A DNA stretch of 64,000 nucleotides, taken from positions 1 to 64,000 of the forward strand of contig NW_021831829.1 in assembly GCF_006345805.1 (NCBI RefSeq), read 5' to 3'. Under the pieces are notes generated by a model, which saw only the letters and a program-made list of their open reading frames with translations, was not told the DNA's origin and made no database searches. The stretch comes from Octopus sinensis (taxonomy: Eukaryota). Numbering within the stretch: position 1 is the first letter of the stretch; every line of letters starts with the position of its first letter. Below are positions 1-12,676 of the stretch, piece after piece. The translations under genes were made by a program, and so were the position numbers.

Positions 1-254
1 AATAGTAGCTAGATATATAGTAATATAGAACAAATTTATTTTTAATAAATTGTAGGACCGCTTTTGTCAGTAATTACAGCTTGAATTCTGAGTTATGGAC
101 TCGTAAAAAGTTTGAATTATTTCCAAAGTAATTTTTGTCCATTCTTTAGTTAAAACAGTCTTCAGTTCTAAAATGCTCCATAAATGTCAATATATTGGGA
201 TCTGGGGACTGTGTCGACCAGATTAGGTGTTCGACTTTACTAGAATGTTTCACG

Positions 255-430
255 TCAGATCGTAGGCTACTACGCACGCTTTTTTTCTCTCCTTGTGTTT
301 TTCTGTGTATCTTTCTGTAGAAGAGCGTAGGCTCGCAACGTAAAAGACTTTTTCTATTCCTGAGCGGTATACTAATACATTTGTTTGTTTGTAACACCAC
401 CTGCCTTCGTCTTTTGTTTATTTTCGTAAA
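255..430 (+). mobile_element. Non-autonomous Penelope-like repeat carrying a hammerhead-like motif (copy 1)
   Basis: The reverse complement aligns by eye with 58195-58390 (caaaagacgaaggcaggtgg...gagcctacgctcttc...cagaaaga). It abuts a (TA)n tract. The PLE assignment is inferred from the ribozyme motif. Confidence 0.55.
310..347 (+). ncRNA. Minimal hammerhead-like motif, variant core, probably inactive copy
   Basis: tcttt-CTGTAGA-A-GAGC(gtag)GCTC-GCAA-CGT-A-aaaga. It has a 5-bp stem I, a 4-bp stem II and a palindromic ACGT stem III. The core deviates from consensus at A6 and A13. Confidence 0.5.
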
Positions 431-438
431 CATGCACT

Positions 439-458
439 TTATATATATGATATATATA

Positions 459-548
<90 letters not shown>

Positions 549-572
549 ACATATATATATCTACATATATAT

Positions 573-604
<32 letters not shown>

Positions 605-666
605 CTATCAATTATATATACATTCTATATATACATACATATATATATACATATATATATATATAG

Positions 667-715
<49 letters not shown>

Positions 716-750
716 CATAATATATACTATATGTGTGTGTGTGTGTATGA
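439..750. repeat. (TA)n/(TG)n compound microsatellite, representative of dozens of similar tracts (e.g. 1671-2050, 24150-24400, 33790-34080, 37540-37860, 38200-38585, 62950-63330)
   Basis: Read directly from the sequence. Confidence 0.98.
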
Positions 751-761
751 TATATATTCAG

Positions 762-1670
762 TAACTAATGTAGCTGTGTGAATTGATGCATTATCATCCT
801 GAATGATTGCGTCCCCATCCCCCGGAAGCAGTTCTGCAACCATAGGATGAATTTCATCAGATGAAATACTTGAATAATCTTGACTATTAATTCTGCCATG
901 TTAAAGGATTTCCAAGATATAGCCCCACTCCACCACGATCATTAGAGATCCTCAACACCGTTTAACAGTTGAAAGAAGGCAGTCTGGGTCAAATGCTCCT
1001 TTTGGCTGTCTCCACACGTATACTCGGCCGGTGATTGGAAATAAGGTAAAGGATGACTCGTCCGAGAAAATAACATTCTTCCATTGCACTAGGGACCAAT
1101 TTGTAGGTTGTTACTTCCCTCTAAACGCTTTGCAACGTTTGTTTTAAAGTAGTGGTTTTCTGATTGCAGCCCTCCCGTGAAATCTGGCTTTGTGCAGCTC
1201 CCGACGAACAGTTTTTGAGGAAACTGGCTTCTCAGGGTGGTCATTGGGAGCTGTACTTTTGTGATCCCTTCTAACAATTCGTATTAGAGTCCGACGATCC
1301 CTATCTGAAAGTTTGGGATCTCTTCCGGAGTTTTATTTCGTCGGGGATATTTCTCCTTATTTTCAAATGCTGTCATTACTTTCAAGAATGTACTTCTTGA
1401 TGCACCAAACATTTCGGCTATTCTCGTTACGCTAGAGCCTGTCATACGAGCACCAACAATTTGACCTCTTTGAAAGTCCGATAGATCTGTCATTTAAGGA
1501 ATTTTAATTACCTTTTTCTGATGATATCTGAAAAAAACAGCAATTTTAGCAAAACAATATTAAGCAACACTAATAATAAATCAAAAAACGTAAAAAATAA
1601 ACAAGCTCTTGACAATTTTCAAATTTATGATGCTATGATGTTAGGTGTTTCGATTATTTTGTCCTACCCC

Positions 1671-1671
<1 letters not shown>
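762..1671 (-). mobile_element. Tc1-like DNA transposon relic (frameshifted transposase, one TIR, 3' part lost)
   Basis: Minus-strand pieces read MTDLSDFQRGQIVGARMTG (HTH), KTVRRELHKARFHGRAAIRKPLL, WKNVIFSDESSF (first D) and IIQDDNASIHTA (second D). A TIR-like end, ggggtaggacaaaataatcgaaacacc, lies at 1644-1671 next to TA. Confidence 0.9.
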
Positions 1672-1713
<42 letters not shown>

Positions 1714-2199
1714 TATGTGTGTATGTATAAGTATATGTATATATATATATATATACATATGTATATACATACGTACATATATATATATAATATATATATA
1801 ATACATATGTATATATACGTATATATATATATATATAGATAGATAGATAGATATGCATACAGAAGTATATGTTTATGCTTATATATATATATATATGTAC
1901 ATACATGAATATGTATATATATATATATGCATATATGTGTGTGTTTATATATTATGTGGGCATATACATATATACATATGTATATATTTAAATATAATAT
2001 GTATATACATATATACACACACACACGCATACACATACACCAACACACACACTGATGTCTACATGCATGGGTACAAAGATAAAAGGCATATTGGAAATTC
2101 TCTTCGGCTAATTAGTCCGACTTGTATTAGGCTATTGAATGGAAATGAGAAAGTTGTAAGGTTTGCCTTTGCGAATCAATAACATCTGACAATATCAAC

Positions 2200-3560
2200 T
2201 CAGAATATATCAAAGCCTGCCACTACTCCTTTTGATATTCGTGTATCTCAACACAAACGGTTTGTATTGAAGGGAAATCTTGTTTACATATACATCATGA
2301 ATTCGCTGGTCATGGTTGTAAAGAAACATGCGATACACAGGTCATCTCTTGTTGAAATTATTGACGTATCTCACATATATCTTCTCTAGTCATTAGTAAC
2401 AAAAGAAGGTGTCCTCAGTGGTCGCGTTGATCTAGAGATTTACTGGAAATTATAATTCTCTTCAAAAGCCGCAGAAACTCTTACTTCAAAGCATTCTCTT
2501 CACTAATTCATGTCTTGGTTCTGGTCGAGAAGAAAGTATTTCCATCTGTGACCAACCTGAAAGTTATTTCAGCTGTGACCACCCAAGTTTCTTTCATTTT
2601 TCAATAAAATTTTCCATTGTGCATCCGTTCTTCTTATGCAACAGTTGATTATGATTTAAAGAACTTACTATCTTCAGGAGATAATCTTTCGCACCCCAAT
2701 TATAAAGGATTTCTTGTAAACCTATATGCATTGTTAGAAGCTTTCTTTCCTTCCCTTTTCTTTCGCATTTTACTGAAGAAGTTACTGTTATTTCTAGCAC
2801 AGAGATCAACCAGAAAAGGTTTTTTCGTCGGCTTTTTAATTGCACTCAGTAAACTGTAGAATGGTCTTTCACTTTTTTATATGCATTGAAGCCATTTCGT
2901 GAGATGATGTATATAATGTGTTTTCCATCACCACTTTTAGAAACTGGTTCTTGGGGATATTGTAATTATATTGTTGAAAACGGTGTAGTAGCGTTCATTT
3001 TAAATCCATCGTTATCTGTACGAGGGTCGTTTCTTATTTTGTGTCATCAGTTGTGGCACTGTAGGTATAGCAATGATATCATGCAAAGTGGTCTCTCTTT
3101 CAGGACAATCCTCCTTGGTCGAACAAGTAACAAGATGTGTGCGCAATGATAAACTACTGCTTAATTAACAAGTTAGATATATGCACTATAGCCTACGTAG
3201 TGTATCAAATAGTCTGTAATAAATGAATTGGTATTTACGTTTGAAGCTTACCGCAAAACGTCATATCTGCATTAACTAACACATGCAGAAAGGTCCTTCA
3301 TCTAAGAAACACGTGAGAGAACGTCGTATCCAAGGTATCATTTTAGCCATCAAGTCAAAAAAACGGAATATTGGTAGTTTGCAGATTAAAGAGGATACTG
3401 CCATTACAAACGGAACTTCCTATTAGAAACAGAAAGGACCTACGGAGATCGGATTGGTTAAACCACAACAATATCACCCAGCACATATCGTATTCTCCTC
3501 CAGCGTATCTAGGCAAAAATATACCAGTTGGTCAATATCACCTATTTTCTTTTGATAAAA
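2200..3560 (-). pseudogene. Possible highly decayed DNA-transposase coding remnant (piggyBac-like?)
   Basis: Non-simple sequence with broken minus-strand peptides only faintly like piggyBac motifs (MTFCGKL, FLDEG, GFNAYK). There are many stops and the call is unverified. Confidence 0.2.
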
Positions 3561-4381
3561 TATTTTAAGCCTCAAATTTCAAAATATGAAAGATAAAATG
3601 TGAACTGCTGTTTTATTTTCCGTACTTCAGTTTCATTCTTATTTCGATTTTGAGTTCCTCCAGATTTAAGTCAATATCAGCTACTATATTTATCATTCAA
3701 TGTTAAGCCAAACTGCACCGATGTTATGTATATTTATATGTGTCTGTCAGCAGGTGAATCATCCAGTCCTTTAAATCTCGTTTCACTACAAACGTACGTA
3801 CATTTTGAACTTATTTGGATTCTACCAAAACAACTTTACCACTCTAACATATGGATTAGGATGGCAATTCAGTTTTTTACACCATAGGAAAAAATTAAGA
3901 CAGCTGATCAAAGATACTGATGATAGTTATCAGTTTCTCCTCAAATCCTGAAAATATGCAAACGATAAAAAAATCTATTAAAGTTGCTTAATAAACATGT
4001 CTCGTTCTAATTATGGAAATTATGCTGTAGAGTATTTGAGGTAAGGCATAGCAGAGAGGGCAAAGCAGTGACGATCAGCAATAACACTTGGGATTGGAAG
4101 AAGGTGATATTCATTATCTAATTAGGGATACAGGAAATATTCAGAATTCATTCCATGTCAATGTCGAGACTAACATCAATAGACTCTTCATTAGACACAG
4201 TCAGTTCAGCGAGAGATGCCGTACAAAAATTGAATTGACTTGCGTTTTCCAGACTGTTTCAGAAAAGCAATCCTAATTTCGAATCACGCATGAAAATTAC
4301 AAAACATATAATAGCACTATATCATTATTTGCGAAGTTTAAACTAAGCAATCGATCTTTCCTGCCCTTTTCCTTTTCATTA

Positions 4382-5427
4382 CAGGGTGGGGTGAATAAAT
4401 TACAGTAACATCTTATTTTAACAGATATATTTACCAAAATTATATAAAAATATCTTGAAATAATAAGAAGTAAATTTATTTAATAAAATCGATATTGACA
4501 ACTACAGCCTCAGACGCCTTCGGAATCTCCTGAAACTCTTCTGGACTATCTTCTTGTTTAATTTGGTGAATGCTGCCATAATCTTTACCTTCAGTCCGTT
4601 TTTGGTGCTACAAGGAGTTTTGTTGGTCTCTCGCTCGACGGCGTCCCACACGTAATAATCAAGAGAATTGCATTTTAGAGAGTTAGGTGGCCAGATATTA
4701 CGGGTGATGTAGTCACAGACATGACTGGGTTCTCTTGCTTGTGTGGCATGGTGCAGATTCCTTTTGTCAGAAATAGGTCCTTCTAGTAGCCAACCTTTTA
4801 ACTCAGAACAGCGCTTCCTCACCTAGGCATTTGCTGTAGGTCTCCGTGTTGAGTCTGAGGCCGTATGGGAAAGGTGAATGGAGGCTGAACGTCGCCATCA
4901 CTAGTGATCACTCCAAACCCCATGATATTGACTGGATATTTGATTTTTATCACTCTTGGTACATATTGTGGGGAGACGGCAAGCCAACGCTTATTCTGTG
5001 TGTTCACCATCTGATCCTGGCAGAAATGTTCCTTGCATGAGAAAAATCAAAACATGTTCGGCTGGAAAGGATGCTTGAGCTTGTTCAAAAGCTTCGTAAC
5101 ACGGTCTTTCCTCTTATCTTTGATGACTTGGGTTAAAAAGTGGCCTTTTTTCAACTTGAATTCCTTAGTGAATGTCTTATGCTCTAAGAAAACAAACATT
5201 TAGATGCTCCCTGGCGAGGGACCTGACTGACTTGGAAGGATCATTGTGAATCAGGGCCTTTTCTCACCAACAAATTCAGGAGTTCTTTTCTTATCAGAAT
5301 GATCAGCATGAGATTTCCCAGCTGCCGTACCTTCTTTATCACCGTTAGACTCATCCAACTATTTGCGACTCTTTTGCACTATCCTCAGCTTGACACCCAA
5401 ACGTTCTGAAATGTCCGTATTACAGCT
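4382..5427 (-). mobile_element. mariner-like (maT/DD37D-type) transposon relic
   Basis: Peptides include QDQMVNTQNKRWLA, NIWPPNSLKCNSLDYYVWDAVERETNKTPC and NTDISERLGVKLR. The TIR TA|cagggtggggtgaataaatt at 4382 matches the end of the copy at 47218. Confidence 0.9.
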
Positions 5428-5800
5428 AAAGAAAAAACATATACCTGACGTAAAAAGACGCAATAGTTACAGCGACCAGCAATCAGGCAACAAGCAAACC
5501 GTGGCTGGTAATCGAAATCATGACTGGTAATCGAGGTAATCAAAGGTGAGGTAACGCATAACTAACGTGCAAAGCACTATTGAAACATATGCCTATCGAT
5601 CTAAAATGGCTCAAATCCTTTTCTTCCCAAATTTCGTCTTACTTTGTAGAATTCGGTCAAACATTAATATCACTTACATTTAGAATGTTTCCGAGCATAT
5701 ATCAAATGCAACAAGGACGACAAACTTTCTTTAAGTTTATAAAATACTTCTCCTCTCTGCCTCGGGCCGAATACATACACCAATATTAAGAAATGTCAGG

Positions 5801-6229
5801 GTTTACATTAAATAGCACTCAAATAACGCTCAATGTGAATACAATTGCCAATGTTATGAACTCCCAGTGTACGACTGTCAGCGTTATTTACATTAGCGTA
5901 ACTCACGTTCGTTCATACGAATACGTTTCGTACGAAAATTATCATATCTCAGGTTAGGTTTTCAGACGTGAATGCATTCTTGTTTTCCGCCGGGATAACT
6001 AAGATATCATATGTGAGTAGAATTTTACCCTCTAAAATCGATACAACAAAAGGAAATGGGAATTGAATAAACCACTCCAGACGAAATATAGCAATCAAAA
6101 TATCAGGTTGTTTCTGCAAAAGCACATCGCCGAGAGCCTCTATTATATATAAACGTCGTTACTTGTTTAAAAGTTATCAGATAAATAAATATAATCACAA
6201 TATATTACATCATATCATATTCTGAAATA
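5801..6229 (+). repeat. ~430-bp direct repeat A, copy 1 (copy 2 at 9890-10315)
   Basis: Near-identical by eye over the whole length (gtttacattaaatagca...tattctgaaata). Confidence 0.95.
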
Positions 6230-6244
6230 AAAAGTAAAAACATT

Positions 6245-6663
6245 GGATCTTTTCGGTTTGAACGGCAGTTTTTTCTAGCAGTGTCATATGAAATAGTCAC
6301 CCATACTTCTGACCCTAGTATCGATCTATTGCATTTCAATCTGTTTTAGGGTTAGGGTTAGGGGTGGGGGGAAGGGTATCTTTTTTTTCTTCACAAATGT
6401 AAATAAACCCAATCTGTTTCTTAAACGAGGGACATATTCATACGGCACAGAATGCTTTTTAACTCAATAGATGTCATTGATTGGTGGAAATTGCAGAAAC
6501 TGAAGAAAAAAAACAACAAATATATTACAAACTACAGAATTTTCGCAAGAAAGCCAAGAGAAAACGATGTTTTATAAACACATTCTACCAGTATACGAAG
6601 TTTAAAAGTGTTTAGTTACGTGGAAATTATTTTAAAAAACTTTCGGTCAAACCGAAAAGATCC
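6245..6663. mobile_element. MITE with GG-start TIRs and 8-bp TSD (Merlin-like), internal TTAGGG repeats
   Basis: TIR ggatcttttcggtttgaacggcag...ggtcaaaccgaaaagatcc. The TSD aaaacatt is present at 6237-6244 and 6664-6671. Confidence 0.85.
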
Positions 6664-6789
6664 AAAACATTATTTATAAGATTACATTATATTTGCAAGT
6701 CCATCATGTTGAACAGTGTAATTAAAATATATATTTGTAAGTATTCAAGGATGCAAGACCGTATTGCTAAGAAGCTCACTTTACAAATA

Positions 6790-7275
6790 CTCGGTTTTCT
6801 ACTCACTCCCACTGCGTGACACATTCGGCAAATGTCTTCTACTATAACGCCGGGTCGATACATGCTTTGTGAATGTATTTGGTCGACGGAAACTCAGTGA
6901 AAGTCCGTGGTGTATATATGTGTGTGGGGTGTTTGTTTGTGTGTGGGTGCGTGCTTGTATGTGCGTGTGTACGTGTGCGTTTGCGAGTGTGTGTGTGAGT
7001 GTGTGTATGTGTGTGTGTGTGTGAGTGTATGTGCATATGTACAACGTTTGTAAACCCACAAAGCATTCGTCTCTGTGTTTGCTTTTGTTCCCCTTCATCG
7101 CTCGGTAGCCGGTGCCGGTTCGTTTACGTCCCCGTAACCTAGGTTTTCGAAAAAAAAAAGACAGCTAGGGAATAAATACCAGAGTTTAAAGAAATACGTG
7201 TTAGGAATCAATTTGTTGGACAAAATCTTTCAAGGTGATGCCTCGGCATGGTCGTTGCTAATGAAAGAAGCAAAA
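6790..7275 (+). mobile_element. Degenerate tRNA-derived SINE, family B (octopus OK-like)
   Basis: Diverged match to the 16131-16525 copy (ggcaaatgtcttctactata...gtttacgtccccgtaac...gcatggtcg) with an internal (TG)n. Confidence 0.7.
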
Positions 7276-7410
7276 GTTAAAATACAAACGACACCTGCGA
7301 ATTCATTATTAAACCGATATAAAACAAGCATTACTCTGCATGCCAGAAGCTGTTACCTGAAGAGCCGAACAATTGAGTCATTTCGAAACGAAATGAATTT
7401 TTTTCATTGC

Positions 7411-8052
7411 TACCACGAAGTAAAGAGCTTTGTGAAGCAGAGTCTACTAGTTTAGACGTAGAATGTTCTATTATAATTCCACGACATCCCAAAGCGTGCA
7501 GATGATATCATGTTGACAGAAACTATGAAGAAGCCCGTTAGACAAATAGAGCCCCTTATTTTGATGCTATATGTAGCGGAATCGCAGCGCCCACCATTAT
7601 TTTTCGGATCCTCCAAAATAAGCATTTCTCTGCATCCAAGATGCTATTGCCTGAAGCACTGGGCCACTGCATCATCTCGAAAGGATATGAATTTCCACTA
7701 CCTCAGTAGTGGAAAAGCAACGCACACCTTTATTTTTCAGATCCTCCATGCTGACTGGTAGCGAGGAAGTAAAATAGGAATGTATTCGCAGCACATTGAG
7801 ATTTGACCCGTATGCTTGTACAAGCAGGACACTGTCAAATATACCCTGGAATTTGATAGTGGAGAAGAGTTAAATCGGGCAAAGTATTATACATAGCATC
7901 AAAATAAGGGACTCTATTTATCTAATGGGATTCTTCATAGTTTCCGTCAACATGATATCATCTGCACGTTTTGGGATGTCGTGGAATTATAATAGAACAT
8001 TCTACGTCTAAACTAGTAGACTCTGCTTCACAAAGCTCTTTACTTCGTGGTA
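7411..8052. mobile_element. Foldback/MITE with ~168-bp TIRs, TA-flanked
   Basis: 7411-7578 is the reverse complement of 7887-8052 with few mismatches. The spacer is ~310 bp and the ends are TA|ccacgaag...cttcgtgg|TA. Confidence 0.85.
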
Positions 8053-9889
8053 CCTTTACTCTGTCTCTTCTGATATGTCACCCTGCATTTTTTTTTCATA
8101 TTATTTCTTTCCCCGGGAATCTACAATATTCTCTATGAACAGTCTTTTTTCTTCAATGTATTTCTCTGGAATTTTTTCCCCCATCACTTGCTTTTTCGGC
8201 ACCCACCCACAAATATTATATCAAGTAGAAAATTAACATTTTCTAGTCGGGTGAGCTTCTGAAGTCCAGGGACAAACCTGTGAATCCAAAGAAACCAAAC
8301 CATTGAAATATCAACCAAAATATACCGCAATCTGAGATCGAACTCTAAATTTCGTGATTGCGGTGCAAAGCTCTTTACCACTCACCAATCATTTATCTAT
8401 TGACCGTCTCTCTAATTCACACTTGTAGTCTGAGGTTACACACTCAGTAATGATTATATACATGAGAAACGTTTATATTTTATGAGTTGCTATATCGCTG
8501 GTTTTATTGTTCTTCAAAGCCGCAGTTCTACGCTGCTGATCACTGTAATGTCATGTTGCATACCTATCATTGTTAATAATCGAAAGTCGAAAGTCGTAAT
8601 CAGCATCATAAATGTTTCGTTTTAAACATTAGGATAATGCGTTGCATATTGCAAAATGTGTAGATTTCAGTGGCCAAATATGGGAGTGTTTAATTATTCA
8701 CACATGAAGTATAACCGGCGCTATCTAGAAGAGTTTAAAGGAAATTAATTAGTAAACGAAGATTTAACAGGATGTTTGAATTGTGAATTCGTTCATTTCT
8801 TCAGTTATTACAATCGGCTTCCCTTCCGTTGTTGCAGAATCCAACTCGAAATTCGTAAATTATTGTTTTTCTATCATCTTGTAATGTATATTACAGTAGA
8901 TAGCCTAATGGTTCAAATCAAGTAATTAAACTGTTGTTATGACGACTACTGAGGCGTCAAGGATATACTGGATCACAGTCAACCCAGCTGCTACACAACA
9001 TCTACCAACTATAGGAATGATGGATCAAAGCTCAGCTGCGGCTACACAACAATTACTCGTGTACCATAATTTTGCTGGATCGAATGAGATCTGCGGCTAG
9101 ATACTAATATCTACCAACCACATGAGTGTTATATCGTATTTGATCCAAAGCAATACATCTACAACTACTTGTCACGGGACTTTCCGATGAAAACTAACCT
9201 TGATCTGAACGATCTCAGCGAATCTCGGGTTAAACAATTCTAATATCTCCAATAAGTCTGCTGAATAACAAATGATCCTGTTATTATACAACAAAAATAG
9301 TTACACATATTACAATGTGGTTATGATGGATTTTGTTTACTTTTAAATGAAATAAATAATTGTAATATGTTAACGTCACACCACAAGTTCCAGTCCTTGT
9401 CGCGATGCGGTGATTTGTGTCCCTCATAGAACTATGCCACCGGAACACAAGTTCCTAGTAGAGCCTTTCTGGTTGAAATAGTCAAAGGATAGGAGTCAGT
9501 TTAATATGTACCGCCCCAACCCAGAGATAAAAATGGATTTGTTTAGAAGCAACTCCCATATTTAGAAAGAACAAAGTTACAAACATGACGATGATAATTG
9601 AAAACCAACAAAACCTGGGCGAGCACCCCCCAGGACAGAAAAGGCAGTTCTAGCCGAGAGCATCAGCCCATGGTTCACAGTAAGTGAATGGCATAAACAA
9701 ACATATGTTGACTTCAAAAGATAATATATTTATGCGAAAAATGTAATGATATGGAAAAAAACCGCTATCGTTCGAAGACATTCTTTCATGCAAATGCATT
9801 CTCGATAAGGAACATTTTGCTAAAAAATCGAAAGAGTGGAATTTTTTTTTTTTTTTACCCGCAATTGTCAGGGTACAACTGATGTCTTT

Positions 9890-10315
9890 GTTTACATTAA
9901 ATAGCATTCAAATAACGCTCAATGTGAATACAATTGCCAATGTTATGAACTTCCAGTGTACGCCTGTCAGCGTTATTTACATTAGCGTAGCTCACGTTCG
10001 TTCATACGAATACTTTTCGTACGAAAATTATCATATCTCAGGTTAGGTTTTCAGACGTGAATGCATTCTTGTTTTCCGCCGGGATAACAAAGATATCATA
10101 TGTGAGTAGAATTTTACCCTCTAAAATCGATACAGCAAAAGGAAATGGGAATTGAATAAACCACTCCAGACGAAATACAGCAATCAAAATATCAGGTTGT
10201 TTCCGCAAAAGCACATCGCCGAGAGCATGTATTAAATATAAACGTCGTTACTTGTTTGAGAGTTATCAGATAAATAAATATAATCGAAATATATTGCATC
10301 ATATATTCTGAAATA
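9890..10315 (+). repeat. Direct repeat A, copy 2
   Basis: Matches 5801-6229. Confidence 0.95.
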
Positions 10316-10523
10316 TTGTTATATTTTAAAATTAGCACTGATATACTCAATATCTCGCTTCTTTTTCGAACAAGTCATGGTACTATTTTAGGGATATTGA
10401 GTAGCTATATCTAGTTGCTGCTAGAGGAAGGTAGAGTAGAGGCTCTGGTGCTCACTATGCACGTTATCATCATTGCCACCGCATATATATATATAAGGTG
10501 TCTCTCCAGGCCACTTCCTTGCT
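10313..10523 (+). repeat. ~210-bp direct repeat B, copy 1 (copy 2 at 14047-14256)
   Basis: atattgttatattttaaaattagcactg...ggtgtctctccaggccacttccttgct is present at both loci. Confidence 0.95.
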
Positions 10524-11282
10524 ACTTCTATTTATCCCAGAGAGAAGATGAAAGTAAACTATAAATGTATTACTTTGAATACAGACTGTCGCGGGCTAAT
10601 ACAGAAGTTATTCTATTGTATAGAAATTATTGCAGAAAGACAGCTTTTGTACAGAAAATACATCCTGGACGCTGGGAGAGAGAAACGGAATTTTTAAAAA
10701 GAACTAAAACTAAAAAAATAAATCCAACAGAAAAATAGAAACTAAACGTGCGGGCTACTGTACGACTGCCCTTGTGAAGAAGAAATTTACTATTAAAAGA
10801 TAACCCATACCATGAGAAAAAATCTAGGGCCTATGTGGTGGAACTAACCCCCGAAAATTAAATTCACAGTTATTCACAGTTATTTAGAAGAAAATCCTAA
10901 TGCAGTGTGGATCGAGAACACTACGGGATCATATATTAAACGGCACAAAAAAAGGTGAGAATAATATTTTTAATTTCTATCAACATTGCAAAATATGTTA
11001 TTGGAGCGATACATTATAATATTCAAAACTAGATAACTTTACGGAATATTTAGTAATCTCCAATCGTAAACTTTATTATGATGAAGTGTACCCCGGGTGT
11101 TTACGCTAGAATGGAGGACTGTTATTAAAGGAGGTGCTGATGAAATTTAACATATTTTTTTTGTTTTAGCATAATATCACCGATGGATGTGCTTCAACTC
11201 ATTTTCGTCTGCTATATTGCAGCCATATTGCATTTGTAGAACCCCTATAGCAGAGTTCACTTGAATGGGAAAGAAGTAATAA

Positions 11283-11729
11283 GGCGACGTGCTGGCAGAA
11301 GCGTTAGCACGCCTGACAAAATACGTAGCCGTATTTCGTCTGCCATTACGTTCTGAGTTCAAATGCCCCCGAGGTCGACTTTGACATTCATCCTTTCGGG
11401 GTCGATAGATGAAGTACCAGTTACGCACTGGGATCGATGTAATTGACTTAGCCCTTTACCTGTCCTTGTTTGTCCCCTCTGTGTTTAGCCCCTTGAGAGC
11501 AATAAAGAAACAGGAATCGTTAGCACGACGGGCGAAATACGTAGCCGTATTTCGTCTGCCGTTACGTTCTGAGTTCAAATGCCCCCGAGGTCGACTTTGA
11601 CTTTCATCCTTTCGGGGTCGATAAATTAAGTACCAGTTACGCACTGGGATCGATGAAATCGACTTAATCCGTTTGTCATGTCCTTGTTTGTCCCCTCTAT
11701 GTTTAGCCCCTTGTGGGTAATAAAGAAAC
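11283..11729 (+). mobile_element. tRNA-derived SINE family A (octopus OR-like, Nin/Meta-type core), dimer
   Basis: Head ggcg..gctggcagaa.cgttagcacg, B-box-like gagttcaaat, core gtcgactttg.ctttcatcctttcggggtcgat, tail gtttagccccttgtgggtaataaagaaa. Two units are present. Confidence 0.9.
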
Positions 11730-12255
11730 ATAATGTGAAAGAACTAGACACTAGGATCGAACTGAAAACCCACGATGTGAAGCAGACTGTGATGTGTCTA
11801 CATTATATTTCTAGAATTTAATGGAATGGAAATCTCACAAGAATAATAAGAAAAACATCTTGTAAATAATCTTAGGCTTGATTTCTGAACGGAAATCGAT
11901 TGTCTAAGATACGTTCGGTTTATTTAGGTCATGTTTCAACGTGGCGTCATATTCCTTCACCAAAACTTCATTTCGTAGGTCTCATTAATATTAGCGATAC
12001 CAGATACGAGAAATTCATAGAAAGTGAATATTCAGTTTCAGGCGAATAATAACATAACATATCGAAGGTTATATTCACATATATATAACTATATTTGAAA
12101 ACATTTAGGTTTTACTGCCAACCATATTTGACCTATAAAATCTACAACAATGTAAGAAAACCAGTTCACTGTTTTGGTTTCCATTGTTTCTCTCAGATTT
12201 ATAGACTCCTTGAATATTTTGCAATCAAAAGACTGTATCATTATTCGTAAATAAA

Positions 12256-12676
12256 GGCGGCGAGCAGGCAGAATCGTTAGCACGCCGAGCGAAATGAGTA
12301 GCCGTATTTCGTCTGCCGCTACGTTCTGAGTTCAAATTCCGCCGAGGTCGACTTTGCCTTTCATCCTTCGGAGTCGATATATTAAGTAACAGTTACGCAC
12401 TGGGGTCGATATAATCGACTTAATCCATTTGTCTGTCCTTGCTTGTCCTGTCTGTGTTTAGCCCCTTGTGGGTAGTAAAGAAACAGGTATTTCGTCTGCC
12501 GCTACGTTCTGAGTTCAAATTCCGCCGAGGTCGACTTTGCCTTTCATCCTTTCGGGATCGATTAAATAAGTACCAGTTACGCACTGGGGTCGATATAATC
12601 GACTTATTCCTTTTATCTGTCCCTGTTTGTCCTCTCTGTGTTTAGCCCCTTGTGGGTAGTAAAGAAATAGGTATTT
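12256..12676 (+). mobile_element. SINE family A head-to-tail array
   Basis: A full unit is followed by a head-truncated unit, joined at aaagaaacag|gtatttcgtc. Confidence 0.9.

Noticed and set aside
3010-3052. CTGATGA...GAAAC-ga(ccc)tcg-TA on the minus strand
   Set aside because: Stem III pairs, but stems I and II do not.
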